A stretch of DNA of 64,000 nt from a virus. Within the stretch, counting starts at the first letter, position 1, and each line of letters starts with the position of its first letter. The translations under genes were made by a program, and so were the position numbers. This document shows positions 18,123 to 27,400 of the stretch, piece by piece. The DNA lies in the IMG/VR virus record IMGVR_UViG_3300045988_174371, positions 256,001 to 320,000 of that record. One strand, written 5' to 3'. Under the pieces are notes generated by a model, which made no database searches, was not told the DNA's origin, and saw only the letters and a program-made list of their open reading frames with translations.

Positions 18123-18210
18123 AGACGGTGACGGGATTTGAACCCGCATACCCGCGAACGGGTGTAACAGTTTTGCAGACTGCCGCCTAAACCAATTCAG
18201 CCACACCGTC
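18123..18210 (-). tRNA. Atypical 88-nt tRNA: long variable arm (type II shape), anticodon GCA, discriminator U73
   Basis: Hand fold: acceptor GACGGTG/CACCGTC; D-arm GCT-GAATTGGTTTA-GGC; anticodon arm GCAGT-CTGCAAA-ACTGT; 19-nt variable arm with ACCCG-TTCG-CGGGT stem-loop; T-arm GCGGG-TTCAAAT-CCCGT. No encoded CCA. Confidence 0.7.
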
Positions 18211-18284
18211 GTAAGCCCCTCAGGGGCTATGTAAGCGGCTAATGCCAACTTATATGTAAAACTCTATCAGATGGAGGTTGAAAT

Positions 18285-18337
18285 GCGCAAGCGGGGCATA
18301 TAGCCCCTTTGCAGGTGGCGGTATGCCCCGCTTGCGC
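18285..18337 (-). terminator. Long stem-loop after the GH25-LGFP-NlpC/P60 gene
   Basis: 16-bp arms gcgcaagcggggcata / tatgccccgcttgcgc. Confidence 0.6.
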
Positions 18338-18450
18338 GAGTGAAAATGCGTGTAAGTGTGCCCATCTATAAGCTCCGTCCAACGACCCTTACAATATGTC
18401 GCCGGTGCATATGGATGGATAATTACAACACTTACAGTATAGCGTATCTC

Positions 18451-21417
18451 CTACTTGGCTGTAAAGTACCCATCAACAGGCATCCATGAAGTCGGGTGGA
18501 TAAGGGTGCCATTTGACGGGTTGAGAGCAGAAATCATCTTCCCATCGCCCAAGTAGATACCAACATGGTTGTACCCGTTCTGGAACACAATGTCGCCAGG
18601 CTGAGGGGTGGCAGTAGGCTTCAGCTCATTCTTCATTGCAAAAGTGTACGGGGTGAGCTTAATGCCGTGCTGAGCGTAAACCCAGGAGACGAAGCCGGAG
18701 CAGTCCCACAACTTAAAGGTCTTGCCACCCCAAACATAGGTACCGCCTAGACCGCTCTTAGCCGTCGCCACAATCTTATCCTTAACGTTAGCGGACTGAT
18801 TAACTAGTGGCTCAGCGGATAGGCTTGCAGGCACTACAACTGACCCACGTGCGACATTATGCAGAGTACTGAGCTTGCCAGTGCGCGAGAACCACTGAGT
18901 AGTAGCGTTACGGTTACCAACAACGTCGCTCACCGGGAAGCCATGCTTGTCCCAGTGACCTTCACGAGCCCACTTCTTACCTACCTCGCTGTTGAACTGG
19001 ATGACGTGCGTGCGGTTAGCGGAAGCATCCCAGCCAACGATGTAGTAGTCGTCACCATTCTTGAAGTCCTGAGCACGCCCACCATGCACGTAATACTCTT
19101 CACTTACAGGAACGCCGAGTTTATTCTTGCCCACCTCGCCGTAGCTCAGCCACTTGCGCGCAATAGCACTATTGATGTCAATACTATGCACGCCGGTCTG
19201 CTCCGTCCATACCAGCTTAACGGTACGACCATCCTTAGTCAGGAAGTCCTGCGTCACAACACCGTTACCCTGGCTGGTTTCCTCAGAGATAGGTACACCA
19301 ATCTCGTTCTGGTGTTGCTCCCAATAGTGACCGATAGCGCCCGGCATCCAAATGTTATAAACACCAGTCTTCTCAGTCCACACCATCTTATGTCCAGAGC
19401 CGAAGTCCTGATAAGTGTAGCCGTTCTTAGTGACCTCTTCAGTCGTTGGGTACTTGTAGGTGCCTGCTGAGCCACCTGCCTGAACCCAACGGTTACCAAT
19501 CGCGCCGCGAGTCCAGATAGTCTTACCCCGAGCCTGATGAGAATAAACTACCGTATGCCCAGACTCGAAACGCTGTTCCCAGGAGGTAGCACTGGTCTTA
19601 CGCTCATTCTCAACAGGCGCACCATAGTTGCGCCTAGTGTCAGTCAGATACTTCTTAATACCATTGACAGCCTGGAACTTGGAGGTCGGGTCAGAAACAG
19701 AGACCTTGCCGGTAGCCTTATCCAAGGTAAGGCGAGTCACAACACCATTCTCAGTACGGAAGTCCTGGTAAACCGTGTTACCCTGAGCCACCTCATCGGT
19801 GATAGGCGTACCAATCGTGCGCACATCACCCATCTCAAGCCACTTATTCGTAATAGGCTCGAAGTTAGTCATGACGTGGACACCATTCTTGGCTGACCAA
19901 ATCAGTTTCTTGCCGCTATCGAAGTCTTGCTGTGCAGACTCACGGAAGCTGTACTCGTCAGTCAAGGGGTACCCAAAGCGCCCATATTCGTTACCGTTCT
20001 TTACCCAGAGGTCACCGATTGCTCCACGCAGGTAGATAGCACCACCCTTACCATCCTTACGGTGCAGGATACGGTAACTATTCGTGAAGTCCTGAGCCCA
20101 ACCTCCCGGCAACGCAAGCTCACGCCCAATAGGGGTGCCGTAACGCGCCTCATCCTTATGCCAGTAGCTACCGATACCAGAGTAAATGTTGATGTAGCCG
20201 CCGTTATTGAAGTGACGGTCACCATTATCCTTGACGGGAGCGGGGGCATCCTTCGGCTTCTCGGGGGCGGCAGAACGGTCAGTTACCGGCGAAGGGGACA
20301 CCTTGCCATTACTGCCCCACTTAGAAACATAATCGCGGTTGCGCACAAAGTTATCCAGCTCAGCGGCAGTACCGTTGAATACGTTGGAGTCACCGGCGAA
20401 CGGCGCAACAGATGAGAACTGCCAAATGTCGAAGCTGGTAGAGCCGCCAGGCATGAAGCCAGGACCCGTGGAATAGTTTGCAATATGCAACGGCAAACCA
20501 TTGAACTCATTGGTGCCACCCATACAAGTATTCCACCAGTCAGTAGTGGAGTAGATGGTGGGGTAGCGTCCGGTCTTATCCTTATAGGTATTCACAAAGT
20601 CCCACGTCCAAGTCTTCAACTGAGACTGAGACATGCCGAAGCAAGTGTTGCCTAGCGACGGGTAGGGGTTGTATTCCAAGTCAAGCATACCCGGCAAAGT
20701 CTTGCCGTCTGCCGTCCAGCCGCCACCGTTCTTAATGAAAATTTCAGCCTGAGTACGCCCAGAGGACTGCGGCGGCAAGGCGAAGTGGTAGCCGCCAGTG
20801 ACAAGACCTGCGTCACGTGCTCCCGCATAGTGCTTGGAGAACGTAGGGTCTACATAGGTGGTGCCTTCACTGCTCTTCATCCAGGAGAAGCGGCTACCAG
20901 CGGCATACTGCGCTCCCCAGTTGATGTTCGGCTGATGGTTCGAGACATCCTGACCTAGGACACCCCAGGAGGGCTTCCAGCCGTTCCTGGTGGTTAGCGG
21001 GACTACAGCCAGGGTAGGTGCGGTCGCGTTAGAGATAGTTGAGTCCTGTGCGCCAGTAAGGTTCTGCTTGTCAATAGCCTGCGCCTTAGCACCCCAGCCG
21101 ACAGTAGCGCCCCCCTTCTTCGCGCCCTCTTCAGGAGTCTCAGCGAGAGCAACCTGAATGTTCTGGACGGATACAGAGCCCTGCAAGGTAGGCGCGGCTT
21201 CAGTAGTAGCAGTATCACCCTCTAGATGGGTTTCCGCGTCATTCTTAATGGTTTCCGTCTCGGAGACCGTAATAGTTGAACCGGCGGTAAGAGGCTTCTT
21301 CTTCTCATCCGGCTCAGCATTAGCCACAGCCGGAGCTACTGTGCCTGCAATAGTAGCAGTCAGCAGGGCAGAAGCGAGAACGGTCTTCTTAACGTTGGTA
21401 TTGGTCTTCGTAGTCAA
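18451..21417 (-). CDS. Secreted tri-modular cell-wall hydrolase: GH25 muramidase + ~8 LGFP repeats + NlpC/P60 endopeptidase
   Basis: GH25 pattern GQDVSNHQPNINW...FSWMKSSEGTTYVDPTF...GGYHFA...LDLEYNPY...DIWQFSS. Repeats of the form (Y/L/I)G.P...E......Q.F. C-terminal WGGKTFKLWDCSGFVSWVY...GYNHVGIYLGDG. Start moved to the TTG at 21417 (GAAGGA upstream), which gives signal peptide TTKTNTNVKKTVLASALLTATIAGTVAPAVANA. Confidence 0.8.
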   Translation of the reverse strand: MTTKTNTNVKKTVLASALLTATIAGTVAPAVANAEPDEKKKPLTAGSTITVSETETIKNDAETHLEGDTATTEAAPTLQGSVSVQNIQVALAETPEEGAKKGGATVGWGAKAQAIDKQNLTGAQDSTISNATAPTLAVVPLTTRNGWKPSWGVLGQDVSNHQPNINWGAQYAAGSRFSWMKSSEGTTYVDPTFSKHYAGARDAGLVTGGYHFALPPQSSGRTQAEIFIKNGGGWTADGKTLPGMLDLEYNPYPSLGNTCFGMSQSQLKTWTWDFVNTYKDKTGRYPTIYSTTDWWNTCMGGTNEFNGLPLHIANYSTGPGFMPGGSTSFDIWQFSSVAPFAGDSNVFNGTAAELDNFVRNRDYVSKWGSNGKVSPSPVTDRSAAPEKPKDAPAPVKDNGDRHFNNGGYINIYSGIGSYWHKDEARYGTPIGRELALPGGWAQDFTNSYRILHRKDGKGGAIYLRGAIGDLWVKNGNEYGRFGYPLTDEYSFRESAQQDFDSGKKLIWSAKNGVHVMTNFEPITNKWLEMGDVRTIGTPITDEVAQGNTVYQDFRTENGVVTRLTLDKATGKVSVSDPTSKFQAVNGIKKYLTDTRRNYGAPVENERKTSATSWEQRFESGHTVVYSHQARGKTIWTRGAIGNRWVQAGGSAGTYKYPTTEEVTKNGYTYQDFGSGHKMVWTEKTGVYNIWMPGAIGHYWEQHQNEIGVPISEETSQGNGVVTQDFLTKDGRTVKLVWTEQTGVHSIDINSAIARKWLSYGEVGKNKLGVPVSEEYYVHGGRAQDFKNGDDYYIVGWDASANRTHVIQFNSEVGKKWAREGHWDKHGFPVSDVVGNRNATTQWFSRTGKLSTLHNVARGSVVVPASLSAEPLVNQSANVKDKIVATAKSGLGGTYVWGGKTFKLWDCSGFVSWVYAQHGIKLTPYTFAMKNELKPTATPQPGDIVFQNGYNHVGIYLGDGKMISALNPSNGTLIHPTSWMPVDGYFTAK

Positions 21418-21602
21418 AAGTTTGTTTCCTTCAAATGTGTTACTCGGGTCGCATAGCTCTATGAACGTACAACCGGCGGTCAAGTCTAGCGGCTCATTGA
21501 ACCTCACCTGTTTAGGCATACTCGAATAATATAGCGGAACACCCGCCGCATAAGTATACTCAGGTGGCAGATACTCACTTAAGGAAACATTAGGCTTTAG
21601 TG

Positions 21603-21647
21603 CATAAAAATGCTGCTACCCGGCTAATTAAAGCCGGGTAGCAGCAT
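21603..21647 (-). terminator. Rho-independent terminator
   Basis: 15-bp arms atgctgctacccggc / gccgggtagcagcat, followed on the minus strand by TTTTTATGC. Confidence 0.75.
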
Positions 21648-21663
21648 CACAAAGAAGGTCACT

Positions 21664-23178
21664 CTACCAGACCGTCCACCCCTCATAATCTTCTACAGCC
21701 ACCCTATCAGGGTATGCGGTGAAACCAATCGGAGTTTCCGTCTTGCTCGCGCCTGCACGATACAGACCTAGCGCCCTATCTGCGTTAGTGAGAACAGGTG
21801 AGTTGTCTCCCTCGTAAGCCCCCACAGTCTGATAGAGAACCCCATCAGCATTGGTCTCCAAAACTACAGCATACTGCTGGGAACTACCCCCACCGCTGGG
21901 TCTACAAACAATATCACCTGGGGCGACATGAGACATCGCCTCTCTCTCCCCCAAATCCCTGAACATCTCGTCGCGGTAATGGGCGTAACTACTAGTCGCA
22001 AACTTGCGGCGACGCTCCTGCTCAGCTGAAGTCATGTAGCTATGGGAGATAATGTCATTCCACTCCAAAGCCTTAATATCTTCTTTCAAAGACTCGCCGC
22101 GCGTAGGAGACTGAGCAATAACCGCCTGACGGGGAGTTTGCGGCGGCACCTCACCATCAGCCACAATAAGAAGCTGTTCAAGCTCATCTGCCGACTTCCC
22201 TACACCCATAAGGTTAGGGTTGATGACCAGATAACCGTGTTCGGTTGGTTGGGATGAACATGCTTCCAAGAGCTGACGCATCTGCCGTGCATCTCGCGGG
22301 TAGTGCAACCCATTCTCATCAACATCAGTCTCAGCGGTCTGAAGCCACACTTGATACTCTGGGTGGTTCTGAAGCGCATCAGCAACCGCCTGCCGGATAG
22401 CTTCTTGAGTCCCTTCATCTAACTGGTGTGATGCACGAAGCGACTCTGGCAAATGTGAAGCAGTCATAAGTCTCTCAAGGAGTATGCCGGTATGCTTCGC
22501 TAATGCTCTGTTGTGGTTATTTAGGTAATGCGCGTATGCCGCGTTCGCATACCCCAAATACCTCTTCTCACCAATACCTTCAATGCGTTTAAGGTATTGC
22601 GATTTATTTTTTGAAAGCTGTTCATATGAGGGATACTTCTTGTCGGCGGCAATGACCATCGCAGTAGTCTGACTATTCGTCTTTTCCCGCTTATGCGCCT
22701 CAAACATAGCCTTAGCCGTAGCAATATTCGCAGGACTCGAAGACGACAACCCGGCAGGAGTTACCTTAGCCAACCTTGAAATGGATGTCGTCTCCACAAT
22801 CTCCCATAACGAAAGCGGAGTGGTTGAAACATAATTCGGGGCAGAAACAGAGGTAGCGTCAGTATCAGCATACATCTTGTCGGCAGGCTGTTTCTTCGCG
22901 ACCGCATAGTCAATACGCGCGCGGCTGTCAGCGGCATAAGCGGCGGCATCAGTGTCAGGGATAAGGGATACCTGCTCCTTCGTGAGCGTAGAACGCTCAG
23001 CTGGAGCCTTGCCTTCCAGGACAGCCTTAGCAGAAATCTGCTCAGCGGCTTCAATTGCCTCAATCAGAGTGTCGAAGTGCAGAACACCCTCACCATTATT
23101 CAGGTGCCTGTACGCGCAAACATCCCTGCCTCGGCACTCATTAGGCTTATTATTGGGGGAGATGTGGTAGCATTGCAT
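21664..23178 (-). CDS. Member of the H-C-C-H knuckle / C-terminal-Trp family (504 aa)
   Basis: N-terminus MQCYHISPNNKPNECRGRDVCAYRHLNNGEGVLHFDTLIEAIEAAE. The protein ends ...YEGWTVW. AGGAAAA lies upstream of the ATG. Confidence 0.65.
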   Translation of the reverse strand: MQCYHISPNNKPNECRGRDVCAYRHLNNGEGVLHFDTLIEAIEAAEQISAKAVLEGKAPAERSTLTKEQVSLIPDTDAAAYAADSRARIDYAVAKKQPADKMYADTDATSVSAPNYVSTTPLSLWEIVETTSISRLAKVTPAGLSSSSPANIATAKAMFEAHKREKTNSQTTAMVIAADKKYPSYEQLSKNKSQYLKRIEGIGEKRYLGYANAAYAHYLNNHNRALAKHTGILLERLMTASHLPESLRASHQLDEGTQEAIRQAVADALQNHPEYQVWLQTAETDVDENGLHYPRDARQMRQLLEACSSQPTEHGYLVINPNLMGVGKSADELEQLLIVADGEVPPQTPRQAVIAQSPTRGESLKEDIKALEWNDIISHSYMTSAEQERRRKFATSSYAHYRDEMFRDLGEREAMSHVAPGDIVCRPSGGGSSQQYAVVLETNADGVLYQTVGAYEGDNSPVLTNADRALGLYRAGASKTETPIGFTAYPDRVAVEDYEGWTVW

Positions 23179-23353
23179 TCTTCATTTTCCTGCTGTCTTT
23201 TTACGAGATTTAGGGGTCTAGCATTTATCGTGCGTAAAAGCCGCCCAGCACCCCAAGCGCCCCATCGTAGGGGCGGAAGGTAACTGGGCGGCTCCACTAT
23301 GAGGAGGTCAGCCGATGAAGGCTAGAGTATTCACACATACAATATATCAGTGG

Positions 23354-23899
23354 CTATTTCCGCTTCGTGGCAGTAATAGACGGTGCAGGCTTCGGGGTGC
23401 TCATGGGCACAAGCTCACCGTCAGTGGTCATATTCGTGCACCGGGGCGTAATCTTCACCTTCAGCTCACGGTTATCAAAGATAATACCCTGCTCACGCTG
23501 TTCATCAGTGAAAATAAGAGGACACTGACGGTACACCTGCTTAGCCGGGTTGCTGAAGTCCTTGAAAACAGGGACACCTTCAGCATTGATGTGTGAATAC
23601 ACCAAGTTCATTCCTACCTCATCGCCACGCCACTGCCGAAGCTGGTCTTCATCTACGGTCAGGCGATTAGTGATATTGGAGGATAGCTCCACAGTCCTGC
23701 TGGTATGGTCGTTCCACCACAGCCACCCAGCGCCGGAAAGACATGCAAATGCTAAAACTCCGAATGTGGCAATAGTGCGTTCGTGAGCGTCCGTGAAGAG
23801 CTCAAACAGCGTAAAGATGAGGCAGATGCCGCCAATGACGACTAGGGGGATAATCCAGAATAGCGGGTTGATGCTGTCGTGGGCTGTAATGTACATCAT
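23354..23899 (-). CDS. Membrane-anchored hypothetical protein (2 N-terminal TM segments)
   Basis: Hydrophobic segments LFWIIPLVVIGGICLIFTLF and FGVLAFACLSGAGWLWW, followed by a soluble domain. Last gene of a three-gene small-protein cluster. Confidence 0.5.
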   Translation of the reverse strand: MMYITAHDSINPLFWIIPLVVIGGICLIFTLFELFTDAHERTIATFGVLAFACLSGAGWLWWNDHTSRTVELSSNITNRLTVDEDQLRQWRGDEVGMNLVYSHINAEGVPVFKDFSNPAKQVYRQCPLIFTDEQREQGIIFDNRELKVKITPRCTNMTTDGELVPMSTPKPAPSITATKRK

Positions 23900-23946
23900 G
23901 GTATGTAAGTGTGATTTCCTAATAGTTGTTTAGTTTGTTGTGCGGT

Positions 23947-24084
23947 CTACATTACACCAAATAGTCGTAGAGCAATGAGGGTTGCAGAGCTCCAGAAAGC
24001 GGTAGAAATAGCGCCCGCAATGAGGAAGCCTCGCATAAACTCAGTGCCATACTCGGCATCAACGAAAGTGTCAGTCATTTCCAT
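23947..24084 (-). CDS. Small (45-aa) single-TM protein
   Basis: AAGGAG lies 9 nt upstream of the ATG at 24084 (the track start at 24177 was rejected). Sequence MEMTDTFVDAEYGTEFMRGFLIAGAISTAFWSSATLIALRLFGVM. Confidence 0.45.
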   Translation of the reverse strand: MEMTDTFVDAEYGTEFMRGFLIAGAISTAFWSSATLIALRLFGVM

Positions 24085-24107
24085 TATTGGTTTCTCCTTA
24101 TTGGGGT

Positions 24108-24296
24108 TTAGTAGTTGTTCCACGGGCGGTTGTCTACCACCTTCACAGGCAAAGGTCGCTTGTTGCGACTGCCCCATCCAGAGTTGCGAGCCAATGCTCG
24201 GATAGGGTCGGGGCGGTTCAGTGCATTAGCGGTGTTGCGGTCGTATCGTGCGGCAAGAGCGCGTAGGGAATAGAAGACTTCACGAATATACTTCAT
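24108..24296 (-). CDS. Small basic hypothetical protein (62 aa)
   Basis: GAAAGGA upstream of the ATG at 24296. First gene of the small cluster. Confidence 0.4.
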   Translation of the reverse strand: MKYIREVFYSLRALAARYDRNTANALNRPDPIRALARNSGWGSRNKRPLPVKVVDNRPWNNY

Positions 24297-24429
24297 GGTA
24301 GTTCCTTTCAAGTAAGTAATAAATGAAAAATAAATCTGCCAATAAGTGTATCACATACTTAGAAGGTGTGCAAAAGCGCCGCGCATGTGCTAAGACATAC
24401 GCGGCGCTTCACAGCATAGCAATTAGATG

Positions 24430-27400
24430 CTACTGCTCACCATCATCCTTCTTCTTGGAACGGACACGGCGGATAAGCACTACCACAGCGGCAATCAGCC
24501 CGCCAACAAGAGCACCCTTGAAAGCTGAAACTAGGACAGAATCACCATTGTGACCAGTCTTAGCCTCAACAGGCTTGGAAGGCTTCTCTGAAGGCTGTTC
24601 AGGCTTCTCAACAATCCCAGTAGAGCTTCCATCGTTCTGCGTCGGAACTACCTTGGAAGCAGGAGCCTCTGACGGAGTGCCAGCGGGAACAGTGGCTTCA
24701 CCCCTCGGCTCAGCAGTAGCAGAACCACCATTCACAGAACCCTCATATTCAGGGCCATTCTCACGAACAGCGGGCTCAGTACCGTTCACGCCACCGGTAA
24801 AGTCGTCCTTCTTGTTAGAGTCAGCCTCTACCGCGTTCGCACCACCCGTATACTCAGGGTCATCTTCACGGATAGCAGGCTCGGAGCCGTTCACGCCGCC
24901 GTTAAACTCGGGATTCTCAGTAGCAACCTCGGGTTCACCCTTCTCAGTGACAACCTGGTCGGGGTTTGCAGGCTGGGTAGCAGGTTCGCCCTTCTCGCTA
25001 GAAGTATTCGCTAGAGCCAATGCCTTGCCGGTAGTAGAACCAATCAGCAAGGTAACAGCGCCCTTAGAAGATACGGTGCCGTCGGAACGTACAGCCGCGT
25101 AGGATACGGTCGGCGCGAAACCCTCCTTAGTCTTGGTGGTAATCTCGATACCCTTACGGTTCTTGCCGGGCACGTCCACAACACGGTAGGTAGCCATACC
25201 ATCATCATACTGGGTGACTTCCTCGCCGTTGGTGTTGTACAGCTTAACGCCCGTAAGGGTCATTCCGTTATTATCGCCGAAATTCGTAGAATCATTAGCC
25301 AGTACGTCCACAATCTGAGTGGTACCAGTCTTGAGGCGCGGGTAATCAGAAGCCGCTAGAGGGTTAGCTTCCTGAACGCCACCGAGTGTGTAGCTAATGC
25401 CACGGTAAGCATAGTTGGGGTCATTCGCGTATGCCTGGAAATACCACTTTTTAGTCTTCGCGTTCACCACAGGGACATCTTCACGTCCAGCCTGACGGAT
25501 AACCTGCTTCGTCTCATCGGTAATCGGGACGGTGGTACCCGTCCACTGGGACTTGTCTTCCAATTTTTCGTAGGCGAGGTAGTCCTTGGACTTGCGCAAG
25601 TTCTCGGTGACCAGATGTACGGGGGTTGATACACCCTCGCGGGTCGGGGTGATGGTCATGCCCAGCTCTTCGCCCTGCACCACACCGTTATCAGTCTCGG
25701 TAGTGGACTTGTAGCCCGGAGTCTCGTGGAAATCGGTATGTAGGTTCATAACCCAGAAAGGGTCGGTCACGGTGTAGGTACGTGAATCACGACCAGTGTG
25801 TGTGGTGTGACCGATGTACCCGTTCTCATGTACACGGTCAGGCAAGAAGGTGCGGACAGTAGTATCAGCCGGGATAGCATCAGCCGACCAGTTCACAAGC
25901 GTGTTCTGCTGACCTTTAGAACCCGCAGGAAGCTCGGCGTAGTTCACGGGCATCCATTGGACAGCCTGCCACGGGAACGCGGCGTTGCCGCCGGTGTGCT
26001 TGTCGAACATTTTCTTCAACCAGCCATTTTCGACAGTCTCATCGGTATAGATATTCTTGCCTTCACGTGCGGCAGGCGCGTATGACCAGCCCGACTCGAA
26101 GTTGAAAGCAATCGTTGCGAGGTTGCGGTCAGTGACAATGCCGCCGTATTCCTTAGCGGCTTCAATCTGCATACGCAGAATAGCGTCGTCGGTCTTGTCA
26201 ATGGAGCGCAGATAACCATCAGTATCAAAGTCCTTCGGCAAACGCCAACGCTGACCGGCGTGCGGAGCTTCCGGGTACTTGGTGGTGTCGATATTGCCGT
26301 CTGCCATTTTCGCTGGGAAAGACGCGCCGCGCTGGTAGTTCGGGAAAGTCACCGACAGGGCATGGTTAATCTTGCCGCTACGAAGCTCATCGATGCCAAT
26401 CTGCGTATTCTCATTAGCCATACCCACAACAGATGAAGTGCCAGAAATAAGGTTCAGCCAGTAGTTGTTTTCACCCATGCCGCCAAAGTTGGGCTTAGCG
26501 GGAATGTAGCCACCCGAAGAGTACTTAATGACGGGTGTCCAGTCTGCTTCAATCTGAACATTCAGAGTGCCACCTGCCTTCTCTACAGCCGCACGGGTAG
26601 CGGTGATAGCGCCGGTATGTGCGTCAATAGTTACACCTTCAACCGGGTTTACGATGCGGAAGGTCTGACCACGACCAATAGGGTATCGCATATCGCGACC
26701 AGATTCCATGTCACGAGAGTAAGCCTGCACCGTGATAGTATCACCCGCAGAATACGGCGACACGTGGTTCCTGGGGGTGTCCACAGGAGTCAAACCATCC
26801 TTAGCGGTGGTCTTCTCACCAGGAACAGCCTGTAGCCGTGCGCTCTCAGCGTCAATGGTCTGGGTCTTACCCTCAACGGGTGCGGAGGTGAAGTACGCCG
26901 TATCGTAGTTCACCTTCTGGCGCTGGGTCTTATCCTTAGCCCCACCCCATGCGGTGACGTTGGGGACAGTGCCGTCTTCGGACATCTTGATAGTCGCCGT
27001 AGTGCTGTAGGTCTGCGCGGGCGCATCCTGCATGACGTGGAACATGGAAGTCCACAGACCAGTAGCCACGTCATAAGTCGCCAAGGACTTATCACCGGAA
27101 GGATTCGGATGCTTCAGGTGCCAAGTCGGAATAGGGCGAGAACCCATAGTGAGGCGGCGGGTCGCCTCACTGGTGAGGGCGCGGTTATCGCGGGACACGA
27201 CCTCCACATATTCCTGGTTAGGGTTAGAGGAATCGACAGTGAGGGTGGGAATAAGTTCCTGACCAGCACCGCCCCGGTTCACATTCTCAGCGGTCAGCCA
27301 CTTATTGATAGTGCGTGAGTACACGAGGTGCTGGGAATTGATGTTCTGGCTGTTATCCAGCACGGGCGTATTATCGGGTAGCTTCTGGTAGGCGAAAGTA

